This document shows positions 48,226-60,021 of a stretch of 64,000 nucleotides of DNA, in pieces. Location: NCBI RefSeq assembly GCF_037042905.1, contig NC_087256.1:1364001-1428000 (forward strand), in the 5' to 3' direction. Every line of letters starts with the position of its first letter. Position 1 is the stretch's first letter. The translations under genes and the position numbers were made by a program. The notes under the pieces are model-generated. The model was given only the letters and a program-made list of their open reading frames with translations, had not been told where the DNA came from and searched no databases. The DNA comes from Lytechinus pictus. Its lineage: Eukaryota.

Positions 48226-49360
48226 ATGAATACCTCTGATCCTCCAAGTCAACTTCCTCCACCGCCACCTCTTCACAGAGAGACATCTGAAGGAAGCAGC
48301 CTTCCTACCATGCAGGCGATGGGAAACTCTTCACCATCAAAGCTCCTCGGCATTGCCTCTACTGAGACGCCCATTTCTGCTGTAGGTCACAGTCACATTC
48401 CGGTCAAGTCAATCCCAGGCCCTACCCATCATAAGATTGCACAACCTATGCGCCAATCTGAGCCAGCACAGACACTCCATACATTCCCAAGCGGTCCTCA
48501 ATTGATGGACTTGGCTCAAAAGCCTCCTCAGCAGTCCCTCTCATTATCGGTAGTAGAGCATGTTGTGCTGCAGGAACAGTCAACTCTAAAGGCATCTCAG
48601 AAAGTAGTTCCAACTCCAGACCTGTCTGGTTCTCCCATCAATATGCCAATTACCAGTGCATCACATCTGCCTTCAGAATCTCTAGGACAGGTGTCTCCTA
48701 CTAATGCATCTCAGAAAGAAGCTCCAACTCCAGATCTGTCTGGTACTCCTGTCAAAATGCCAATCACCAGTGCATCATTGCCACCTTCAGAATCTTTAGG
48801 ACAGGCTACTCCAGAACCTTCGGGGGATATCCCAGTGAAAGGCACACCACCTGAACTGATGTGCACTCCGACCAAACAGAGTTCAATTATTCCAACACCT
48901 CCTTCTGACCCTGGACCCATTGAAACCTCAGAGACAGCATCACCAGAGATAAAGATTAAAATCAAGAAGACGGTTAGCAGAGGGAAACCAAGCCTTACTT
49001 CAACGTTGCTCAGCACTGATGAATCTCCACAGAAGACATCACCAAGTGGAAGTGACACTGAGTCAGCAACTTACACAAAGCGCAATCTGATGGCCAGTGT
49101 TGAAAGAGAGCTGCCCGTTGACCCAACACCTACCAAACCTCCAACTGTAGCTCAGAGGAGAGATACAGTAAAGGCTGCCAAAGGAAGCAGCCTCCCAATT
49201 CCTAAGGGCCACTACATTAAGCAACCCCTTCCAATCAATGATGAAAAGCCATGTGAATGGCTTGTTGGAGATCTGGTTTGGTCTAAAGTTAGCGGACATC
49301 CATGGTGGCCTTGTATGGTAGCATATGACCCCAACCTGGGGATTTACACAAGAATGAAAG
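48226..49360 (+). CDS. NSD2: NSD coding exon 1 (disordered N-terminus, ET-binding motif, start of PWWP1)
   Basis: Acceptor ctcccttgcag at 48133, in-frame upstream stop at 48199, ATG 48226, donor AAA G|gtgaac. Confidence 0.9.
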
Positions 49361-52300
49361 GTGAACATTGCCCCTATCCTTGTTGGCCATTTGCCTTTAC
49401 CTTGAAAGGGTGTAGAAGAATAAATGTGAGATAAAATAATGATAGTACATTTTTTTTAGCAATAAAACAGTTACTCTATAGCACATATCGGATTAAAGTC
49501 TCAATACATTTTCCAATTGTTTGGATATTATTACCCTGGCTGTACCCTGGCATCCTAGAAATAGAAAGGCTTATACATCCCATCTCATGAAGTTTGTCTT
49601 AATTTTATATTGTTTCAATTGGAAACCATAACTATGAGCGCAAAATATAATCTGTACATTAAGTTGAATTTTAGATTCATGGTAATGTTCAAGAGATTAA
49701 ATAGGACAACACTGTAACAACACTATTACTGCAAGAAGTCTGAATTGTACATTTAATTTAATTTTTGATGTAGCATTCGCTTATTTTTGTTCCAGGATGA
49801 AAGACTTAGGGGTACAGTGTCTATCATGTCTTTTCTGTTTTTCTCTTATCTCTAGGATCCATTGGGAAAGCCTATAGAATGTACCATGTGCAGTTCTTTG
49901 GAGAGGTCCCAGAGAGAGGCTGGGTGAGCGGAAGCAGCATGAAAAAGTTCTCGGGACGTGACCAATATGATTCATTAGTTGAAGAGATGGTCAGCAAAGT
50001 TCGAAAAGCAGAGAGATCTCGCATGCTATCCAAACTAGCAGTGAAACCCTGTAGGAGAAATGCTTGGGATGCTGCCATTTCAGAATGCGAGAGGGCGCTT
50101 CCAATGAGTAGACATGAACGCAAACTCAATTTCACTTTCAAGTATGAGATGCCTAAGGCAGGCCCTGCTGGTGAACAGATTGATGTTGTGTCACTCGGGG
50201 ATTCCCCAAAGATGAAAGCCAAGAGGGCTTACAAGAAACAGAAAGAAGATGCTCCAACCCCCGATGCTAGTGGGGATGCACTACCGCAGAGCAAACAAAC
50301 CCCAGGAACAACTAAGAAAGCTAAATATGAGCCTGATACACCTAAGAGAAAAAGAGGTCGGAAGACCAGTCAGTTCTTGGAGTTCTCCAAACTGTACAAG
50401 AAGGAGATTGTGAAGGAACATCCTGGTATTGGCCAAAGGGAAATCTATGAGAAACTGCAGGATAAATGGGAAGGTTTGTCAGAAGAAGATAAGGAGAAGT
50501 ATAACACCAAGCCTGTCACCCCACCTTCCACTAAGAGAGGTATGTATCTGAAGAGTTTAGGTGATTAATCATGGCTCATACTATTTGCAGATATAATTGC
50601 AACAAAGCTAAAGAAGCAACAAGCACGAAACTTGTCATTAATATAAGTATTCATTTTTTGTCCATAATTGGAAATTCTTCTTGTTTACATGCTGCGCAAA
50701 ATGACAGACAACAAATTGTATAAATTTCACATTAACAATGGAATATACATTTGGAACATGACAATAAACATAATATATCTTACATAATAATTCATAACAG
50801 AGTATTTAAATAAAATGAAGGCATTATATGAGTTCACTGAAATTTGCAATTTGGGAAATATCAAGAAAAGACAATTATTTGATTGATTATATTGTAATAA
50901 AGGGTGAAAAACTTGGTTAGATGTAATTTACATTTCAGGTGAGTACTAATGTAGTTGGGTAATGTATTCAAGTATTCTTGCTAACATGGATCATAATCAA
51001 GTCAGGAGAGGGAGGCAGAAAATGAAAGAGAGAGAGAGAAATGGGAAGGGAAGAGAGTAGAAACAAAGAAAGAGAGAAAAAAAAAGGAAGAAAGACAAAG
51101 ATGAAAAGAAAGAAGGTAGAAAATAAAGAAAGAAAAAGAAAGGGGAGGCGGAAAGGTATACTCAAGCCATTGAGTTTAAGAGACGGAGAGAAGTGGGTAC
51201 AAACGAGTTAAGATAACGGGTGGTATTTGCCTTAACAGACCGCCATCGTTTTCCACTCCTTAACATAACATAATGAATATTTAGAGGATGTGATTTATCT
51301 CTAGATACTTCCATTGCCTTATTCAGAGTTATTTCTTCGCAGTTCATGACCAGGTCAAATTCAATCTTCAAGATTTTACCAGCTTGCTTCACTATTCTTT
51401 TTAGTTTCCTCTTATCTTGAATTCTAGCACTATTATACCACACTGAGCACCCAAAGATCATTACGCTTTCAATCACTGATTTATAAAACATATTCATGAT
51501 TTTCCTATCCACTCGAAAGCTTAGTAGCTTCCGAAGAAAGTACATCCTTTGGTTTCCTTTTTTAGATGCATCATTGATTTGATTTTCCCAAGTTAATTTG
51601 CTATCTATAGTCGTACCTAGCTATTTATAGTTTGAATTTATTTCAATCTCTTCATTATTAATGCGGATTGGGTTATCGAGAGGATTCAAAGTTTTCCTTG
51701 TTCGGAAATCCACAACCATTTCTTTAGTTTTTGATGTGTTTAGCTCGAGATGGTTATCTTTACACCATTGCACAAAACGTTCAATACCCGTTCTATACTC
51801 TCTTTCATCTTCCTTAATGGATGAGCTTTAGAAATTCTATTATATTTGAGGCAATGTTGACTAGAAAACAATTTGTTTCTTGCCTCAGAATATCAAGACA
51901 AAGTTAATACTGACAATACTTTGCCATGCGAATAGAGTTCAGCCAGTTAAATTCAATAACTGGAATAACTATAAATGTTTACAAGCCTTTGAAAAGGTTC
52001 TCTGTTCCTTAATAGCCAAATGACCTGAGATGAACAGAAGGGAGTGGATATTGTTAATTGGTAATGTCACTGCATTTTTCCCCCTCATTGCCAACTATTA
52101 CAATGGACTTGAAGCCCTTGGTCCTTTCTTAGCCTTTGGTGAATACTAATTGACCAAATAACCAACACTACAAGGCATCAATCAATACAGGCTAAAACAT
52201 TAGTTCAGATAATGCATTGATCCCAAGTATGAATAAATTAACTGGCCCCATAACACAAGGCTTAGTGCTAGATCTTATGACCAATTTTTTCTGCTTTATT

Positions 52301-54383
52301 ACATTGATGATTATGTGTAATCAAGCATATAAATCAACTGTATGATCAATCGCTTTAGCTCTGCATTACAATCCTCAAAGTGAAAGTTGGTTTTGATTTC
52401 TTGATTCTACAGAGAGAAAGCGGAAGAGTCCTCCAGAGCAGGATACCCAGACAGCCCCTGTGAAGAGGTCCAAGCGGGAATCAAAACCTTCCAAGAAACT
52501 CCAAGAAGCTGATCTCTCCAGCCTTGGCTTCTCCCCAAAGGTTGTGGCTTCAATCAAGGTATTTGACCATCAGGGAAAATATTACACAGGAGCTTGGGGT
52601 GATTTTGCCCCCTGAATACTCAAAAGAGCCCTGGAAAATTTCCCATTTGTATAATGTGAAAAGTAGCCCCCGAAAATTTTCCAAACAAAATCCTAGTGAC
52701 TATCTCAATGGATGAGAAGTGGATATATTGTTCAGAAACACAGTTAACCTGTGTTATCTCCAGATAATATCTTTATTTTGAAGACATAGCCCTTTATTTC
52801 AAGTCTGGATTAACTTGAACCATAATCCGTACGGAAAGCTGAAAATGTCACATGGTTGGAAAATTTTAAAACACGGTTATTGGTTTTTGCTGCAAATATA
52901 TATATTTTTTTTTCTTTTAGTATTGAAAACAATTCATCCCATATTGTCTATTCCCAGAAATATAGCGAAGCTTCTCAGTCAGAATCCACTAGTTCTGATG
53001 GACTTCTTTCCCCATCAAGGGAAGCAGTCCCTCCAAAGAAGGGCAGAGGACGACCATTAGGATCCTTCAAGCCTGTTCCTAGCAAAGAGCCTTCAATCAC
53101 CAAGCAGTCAAGGCCAAGGAAGAGCTTGCCAGCTCCTGAAGGCACTAAACCAGCTAAGAAAAGGAGGGGAAAGCAGGATGAAACTCCCATGGAGACCAGC
53201 ACTAAACCTGATGTGATAACATCAGATGTAAGTTATCAACTTATAGTGGAAGTCCATCCCAATTTGAATGTTTTGGAAATGTATTTTTTTTTTTTTAATA
53301 TATATAAAAAAATTCAGAAAAGTTTGAACAAAATCTGATGAAAAATAACGACACTACAAAATTTTGAATTGGCAGCATTGGTAATGTCGTTGTGATGTAT
53401 GGAGTATGGTAGGGACAACTCCTTTTGCTACAGGACACATGTGATTTTTTTTTTTTTTTAAAGTTTTACCGAGATCAATATTTTTATGAGGTCATCTAAT
53501 AAGATGCAATCCACATTATATCAAAAAGAAATAACTCATAATTTTTACTTTCTTTTATGTTTGTGGATGATTCAGATTGAGTGGTTGATAAAGCTATCCT
53601 ATATATTAAACAGGGTTTAAAGGTCAAGTCCACCCTAGAAAAATATTTATTTGAATAAAATTAATAGAGAAAAATCAAACAAGCATTATGCTGAAAATTT
53701 CACCAAAATCGGATTTAAAATAAGAAAGTTATGACATTTAAAAAATTCCCTTTTCACAAAACAGTGATATGCACAACTCAGTGACATGCAAATGAGACAG
53801 TCGATGATGTCCCTCACTGACTATTTCTTTTGTTTTTTATTGTTTGAATTATACAATATTTCATTTTTTACAGATTTGACAATAAGGACCAACTTGATTG
53901 AACCACATAGTATTAAACATTGCTAATTGCACATGTTCAGGGAGGAATTGATCGTTGTTTCACATGACAACAGGGAGAAAAGTTGAATATTTCATATAAT
54001 AAAATACAAAAGAAATAGTGAGTGATGTCATCAGTCTCTATTGCATACCGACAAGGATATGAATATAACTGTTTTGTGAAATTAAGCGAAACTTTAAAAT
54101 GTCATAACTTTCTTATTTTTCATCCAATTTTGATGAAATTTTCAGTGTTATGCTTGTTGGATCTTTCTCTTTTTATTCGAATCAACTTTTTGTTGGGATA
54201 GACTTGTCCTTTAAACTTTCATTATGTTTTCTCATTCCCCTTAATGTGTTTGATTTTAGATGAGTCAAGACTTTGCTGAGATGCAAGAGGAGGATGATGA
54301 GGGTGGTCTTATCATCGATACAGACATCATTGCTGATGCTATCCAGTCTGTCACTGATCGTCAAAAAGGCAACCCTCCTAGTG
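48226..54383 (+). CDS. NSD2: NSD-family histone-lysine N-methyltransferase (NSD1/2/3 pro-ortholog, NSD2-like architecture), 5' part only
   Basis: Exons 48226-49360, 49856-50539, 52413-52558, 52958-53227, 54260-54383; phases consistent, ~786 aa. PWWP1 (VGDLVWSKVSGHPWWPCMV...YHVQFFGEVPERGWV), HMG-box-like helices (SQFLEFSKLYKKEIVKEHP...LQDKWEGLSEEDKEKY), PEIKIKIKKT motif. The gene presumably continues past the window, since no PHD/SET exons were seen. Confidence 0.88.
49856..50539 (+). CDS. NSD2: NSD exon 2 (PWWP1 C-half and HMG box)
   Basis: tcttatctctag acceptor, GSIGKAYRMYHVQFFGE..., donor AGA G|gtatgt. Confidence 0.92.
51162..51815 (-). mobile_element. 5'-truncated non-LTR retrotransposon (Rex1/Babar-like) ORF C-terminus in NSD intron 2
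   Basis: QWCKDNHLELNTSKTKEMVVDFR...YK*LGTTIDSKLTW...QRMYFLRKLLSFRVDRKIMNMFYKSVIESV...RYLNSFVPTSLRLLN. Confidence 0.85.
52413..52558 (+). CDS. NSD2: NSD exon 3 (basic, NLS-like)
   Basis: ERKRKSPPEQDTQTAPVKRSKRESKPSKKLQEADLSSLGFSPKVVASIK; donor AAG|gtattt (alternative in-phase donor at 52540). Confidence 0.8.
52958..53227 (+). CDS. NSD2: NSD exon 4 (AT-hook)
   Basis: KYSEASQSESTSSDGLLSPSREAVPPKKGRGRPLGSFKP...DVITSD|gtaagt; the acceptor was chosen by phase and is less certain. Confidence 0.8.
53621..54210. mobile_element. TTAA-flanked non-autonomous DNA transposon (Kolobok-like)
   Basis: TTAA|AGGTCAAGTCCACCC...GACTTGTCCT|TTAA; same family as 40440-41054. Confidence 0.88.
54260..54383 (+). CDS. 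NSD2: NSD exon 5 (acidic)
   Basis: tgattttag acceptor; MSQDFAEMQEEDDEGGLIIDTDIIADAIQSVTDRQKGNPPS; donor G|gtaatc. Confidence 0.75.
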
Positions 54384-54953
54384 GTAATCATCTTATTATT
54401 CCTTAGTATTTTCTCTTTTATTTAGGCTTAGTAGACAGCTGTTAAATGAAGCATTAGTAACTAAAATAACTCATTCTTATGAACTAGTGGGACAGAATGA
54501 CAGCCAGAAGGAGTTTGCAATGGCTGTTTACTACCGTAAGCCTAATTTCTCTTCCTACAGCCCATTTAGCATTCATTGTTTTTTTTTTCAGTTCACTATA
54601 TTTGTTAAAATATTTTGCTGTGGTTTTATGGAATCACAAGTTCACAGTCACAAAAGATTCCATATCCAGGGTTATCACCGGGGATTCTTTAGTGGTGGAA
54701 ATTTCATTGAGTGATGCCTTGCCATGGGGGTTCAGGGGGGATGAAAATGAGTCTGCTTTCAGAGTCTAATCTTTGGAAATATTAATTTTGTATTTTTGTT
54801 GTTAGTTGGGAAATTAGTGACAGTCGATGGGTTGTGATATTGCATAAAGTGTGAGTCAGAGATTTTGGGTATGGGAAGGTTCTTAGCAGCGCTGAGTACT
54901 GTAGTGACACACTGTCAATTTCTATACAAAGTTATTTGCTATGTACATATGAA

Positions 54954-55743
54954 GAGCACACTTGCAAAAGGGGTTAGGTCCATTTTTCATCAAATTTAAT
55001 TTTTATGTCTTAATGTATAGATTTTTAGTAGCTCTATAAGATGAAACCAAAAAAAAGTTGAAATTCCTATTAAAAAAGTGAACTAAAATGGCAAAGAAAA
55101 ATCACTCTTTTTTTTTTTCAAAAGGGGTTAGGTCCACACATAATTTTTTGGGAAAAGAATATCTTAAAAAATATGAAGACAGGTATATTTCTCTTATACC
55201 CAATTTTATGTTCTCATGGTAGGGTATCATGAAAATTCAGTTTCACATAGGAATATTGCAATATGGGAGAATTAAAAAAATGATTTTCTTGGAGTGGACC
55301 TAACCCCTTTTGCAACTAAACTATTCTGAAGAACTCCTTTGTCAAAAGGGGTTAGGTCCATTTTTCATAAATTTTATTGTTTTCTGTCTCTAAACCTCTA
55401 AATTTTTAGTCACTCTGATGATACCAGAGACAATTTGAAATTCAAATGAAAACGTGAATGAAAGTGGCAAAAGAAAAATCACTTTTTTAATCAAAAGAGA
55501 TTAGATTCATTTCAGTTTACTTGCAAAAGGTGTTAGGTCCACAATGATAATTTTTTTTTTAATATATAGAAAAAAATTGAAGACAGGTAGATTTCTTTTA
55601 TACCCAATTTCATGTTCACATGATAGGGTAGTACATCATGACAATTTAGTTTCTCATGAGAATATTGCAATAAGTGAGAATAAAAGACATGGTTTTTCTC
55701 GGAATGGTCCAAAGTGGACCTAACCCCTTTTGCAACTAAACTC
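54954..55743. mobile_element. Two tandem copies of a TIR element (GAG...CTC outer termini, possibly Sola-like)
   Basis: TTGCAAAAGGGGTTAGGTCC occurs four times forward and GGACCTAACCCCTTTTGCAACTAAACT twice inverted; ~380-bp period. Confidence 0.75.
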
Positions 55744-58476
55744 ATATATACATGGTGTTTCTTCTCTATTTCTCTCAAATCGGTCCCTTAGACCAGGGAT
55801 TTCTGATATTGTAACTTTGTAAATATCTTGTGGCAGCTAGGCAATATGGTCGCAATATTTAATATTCAGTATTATCTAAACCTATAATCATTACATTTCT
55901 CCATGGATTGAAAGTCCTACGCAAGGATTTAAAACAAAATTATTACTCAAGTTGCTGAACAAGGCGCTTGCCAAGTTAAATTTATTTTTTGTCGACAACA
56001 TTATGCCTTTGCTGCTGTGTATTTTTAAATTCACGCTGACTCTTGCATCAAAGAACACCCTTTTCTTGGTCCATGCTTCTGCTTCATTCATAAAAAAGTG
56101 TATTCAATATTGTGTGTGAGAGCTTATAAAGCTGGATGTGAGAAACCAATTGCAGAAGAGTAAATGAACATCTTGTCTGTTTTGGTGGAGTTTATTACCT
56201 CTTCCCTAAAAATGTTAGAAGATCAGCTTTGCAGTTGACTATTTTATAAGTATATGTTTCTATGTGTGGGACTAATTTGGGCTGTGAGAGAGTAGAGCGG
56301 TGGATTTTCACCCCCTATCTCAAGCGATATTATGACTACTTTCAGATTGCCAATGTATTGCACAAAGCATCGAGGGGGCGCAGATTCTGCAATAGCATCT
56401 CAACCTATATTATCAAACATTTACATGAATTGATACGGAAATAAAACGAGTGTGTGCCCCTTATCCTGGTATCTTAAATGTTCTGAACAAGTGTGGATGT
56501 AAACAGAATTTTCTTCATTGATGTTATTTGACAAAGCTTGCTTCTCATGCTATTTGTGTGCAGTGCCAGATTCAGTTCACAACACAGAATGATGTTGTCC
56601 AATGTCTACCACAAGGAAGAAAGTTGATTCAGTTTCAGGTGTTTGGCATCTCTGTCTTTTCTTGTATTGTCCTGTTGGATATCTCTTGATTAGTAAGGAT
56701 TTTAGTGTGAAGACTGAAGTGTGGACATTTTGGTTTTGTTTTTGGTTTATTATGACCTTGCGTCAGCTGATGGAATTTCGTTTCTCACTCTGTGTTTAAG
56801 GGGATGTTTTGCATTTGCCGTGCAGAAAATGAGCTTCATATACGTTTATTGATTGAGCTGCAAGCTGAATTTAGACTGAACAAAGGACTTGAAGAGATGT
56901 GCAATTGTAGATGTATAATTTAATTACAACTAGACAATATTGATTACCCTTCAATGATTTCCAATGTCAGAGGAACAGCCCAGATTAATTTCTAAAAAAG
57001 GTTATTAGCCTATAACTACAAAATAATTCTAACTTGAGATTGAAAAAAAAATACTGAGTTAATTAATATGTAGCATACATATACTTATCTTGCTATATGG
57101 AGTATATGGTTGAAAATATTGTATTTATGATTTAGTGCATTAAGTACTAGGCTAACTTTTTACCAAGTAAAATCTGCTGGCAGATAGCAATATAATCTTT
57201 GAAGTAGCATGCATTGCTATGGTCTATCATGTTCTAAGCCAGAAACCTGGTTGTTTAAAAATTGCATTGTAATCTAATCAATGGGATTGTGACCTGATGT
57301 GACTTACTACATGTGTATTGAAAGCTGTAAGCCATTACATCAATTTTGTGAAATCTTTTTAGGATAGTATTCATCAAAATTTATGAAGCTATGTCATTAG
57401 ATTTTAATAAGTAATCATGTCTTTCTTAGCAATGTTGTATTGAAAGGATTTAGCAAAATGCGAAACTAGAAATTATTATGCAGATTGGCAAGTGAAAATT
57501 TAATCAGAGCCTAGATTTTCAAAATTACAAAATTAATTTGAGGTCAATGATTCTAGTTTTAAAGTTTATTGTACAGTAGCTGATGGTGTATAGATTGTAA
57601 TTTTGATTTTTTTTTTTCATTTTTGTTTCAGAAGTGTGACCATACCCGTAGACTGCCCCAGTGTCTATTGAGGTATGCACATTGAAGGCAATGATTGATG
57701 ACATCTTTTATCAGCGCTGTTGCATGCATGTATTTATACCAATTAAAATGATGCATAATAGTTGGTTACTTAGGAATATTTGAGACTTCAGGGACATGTA
57801 GCACGAAAGTCACTATTATGATAATTTTGTCATCAAATTGTAACTGTCATGAAATCCTTGATTTTGATTGACTGTTGAGCCAGTCCTCGCCGTTGGATAA
57901 CAATGTTAACCATGATAGTAAGGTTTGTGCAATATGTCCCTAATCAGGAAAATGTGAGGATTTGCTTACATTAGACTACTTATTAGTTTGTAAAAGACTG
58001 CCTGTATTGGCGATAGCGTGCTATGCTGTTTTGTATCATTTATGATTGTATACATCCATGAAAAGAAAGGTTTTTGTTACTTATTAAAGAATATGATTAA
58101 TCTGAAAAAGGAAATGTATGACATTTTTTTAAGGAATAAGGGCATGAAATTTGTTACTTAATCATATTTGGATCATGTTAGTAAATTTTGTTTTGATTAA
58201 GCAATCAAAGATAGTTATCAAAGATTATGTATCTCTGTGATACTACACACTTACAGATATCTATAATGCTTGTGGGATTGGAAAACTGTTGATCATATTT
58301 GGGTATTGATTTTTTTGGGAAAAAATACTATCTTGGAATTCAGGTTTATATTTGTGAGAGAATGGATATTTCAGTCCTAAAAAAAATACATGTAGTTAAG
58401 TTTGGTTCTAAAAACCTTCTAATAAATTGGATGATTTTCCATTGAAAAAAAGTTGAAAGATGCAAATTAATTTTAA

Positions 58477-58963
58477 GGGGTACTCGAGGCTGAAAAAAAA
58501 TATTAGTTGCGTAAAATCAGACAATCTAAAATTGAAAAAGTGAAAATTCATCAAAGTCGGACATGGAATAACAAATTTTCAACATTTTAAAGTTTTGCAT
58601 TATTTCAGTGAAACAATTTGATGCATGTCTTTATGAATATGCAATGAGGAAGCTGGTGATGTCATATCCCCACTTCTAATATTCATTGCACAAAATTACA
58701 TTTCATACTTTGTCCTCCAAAATGAAACAAATTAAGATTAACTAAATAATCATTGTTGCAACTTATTTTGTTGCAAGGGAGACATTCCATAAACATATGT
58801 ATGCAAATATAAAATAATTATGATTTCATCATGTACAGTAATAACTTAAGAAAATGCAAAGTAGGGACATGACATTAGCCCACCTGATGTTCTTGATAGT
58901 GTGCATGTGTTTTCTTTTTTTTTTAGAATTTAATTCTATTTTCAGCACTTTGCTAGATTTTTC

Positions 58964-58996
<33 letters not shown>

Positions 58997-59010
58997 TTTG
59001 GTGTACCCCT
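58477..59010. mobile_element. Degenerate TTAA-flanked element, family of 3443-3960
   Basis: TTAA|GGGGTACTCGAGGCTGAAAA...GTACCCCT; shared gatgtcatatccccactt core. Confidence 0.7.
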
Positions 59011-60021
59011 TTTATTAGGAGTATTATATTACTCTTGTAGGACTGGCACAGCATCTAAAACATCTGTTAGAACTTCAAATTTGTTAAACATTTTTTTTTT
59101 CCTTTTTTATCTTCGAGAGGGGGGGTATATTTTGTATGTTGTTTTTTCCCCCAGTTATAAAATGATACATGCCCATTTTTTTATAGAAATAAATTCTATT
59201 ACATGTAATTTTTAATAACTTACAAAGTTCAAAATTTAAAGTTTATTTGAACTCTAAGTCCTATCAAGAATTTGTTGTTGTAAATATGAAAATCCATTAT
59301 TTTGTTTAATTTTTGTGCTCAAATTTTCACTGTCCATCTATCTCAATACCAGATTCCAATCAGAAGCCATCTGAATCTGGGAGAATAATTATTTTTCAAC
59401 ATGATTAGGACTTCATGAAATTTTATTCACAAGCAAAATGAAAGTCAAGGTTTCATGATGTGGATCAGAGTAGCTAATTAAGTTTATAATTTTCTTTTGA
59501 GATGGGCTGATCTTCAAAGTTTCTTTATAGTGTTGAATCCTAATTACTTTCAGTATGGATATTCCCTTAATATATTTTCATCTGAATGTGACAGTTTTTT
59601 TTAGAAAACCAAATATACCTCATTCAGTACTTAAATGTAATATAGTAAGTCTTTTAAATTGTAAGGACAGATTTATTTGTAATATATTTAATAAAGATTG
59701 CCATGGTGATTTTGTATATCAAGCAAAAACAAATCTTCCACTAAAGCTATTTGTAATTTGATGTTGATTGCTATGCCAAATAAATATTATAAGAGACAAG
59801 ATTCTTATTAAAGACTTGAATTGAACATAGTATGCTTGCGTGCGAATTGTGTCTATCTCTATGCAGCGAGGCTTGTGGTTGGTGTTTGGTGGAATCTTGG
59901 TTAGTTTCATGGCTACTATTTGCTTGTTTTCTTTTGCTGCTGTTTGCATGTTGAACTGCTGCTTTCAATAATGTCTTGGCTTAGTAGAAGTAGATAAAAG
60001 CATGACTTTGATCATATATCT

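Noticed and set aside
48711-50222. Antisense ORFs 48711-49058, 49063-49368 and 49872-50222 (also 20917-21282, 15759-16016, 52975-53202)
   Set aside because: Shadows of real exons on the opposite strand, with no independent motifs.
52905-52957. Strong-looking acceptor at 52920/52921 for NSD exon 4
   Set aside because: It needs a phase-2 upstream donor, and both exon-3 donors are phase 0; kept only as a possibility if an unseen micro-exon exists.
56367-56383. CTCF-like motif (catcgagggggcgcag)
   Set aside because: Only the 3' half matches the consensus; one partial match is not enough support.
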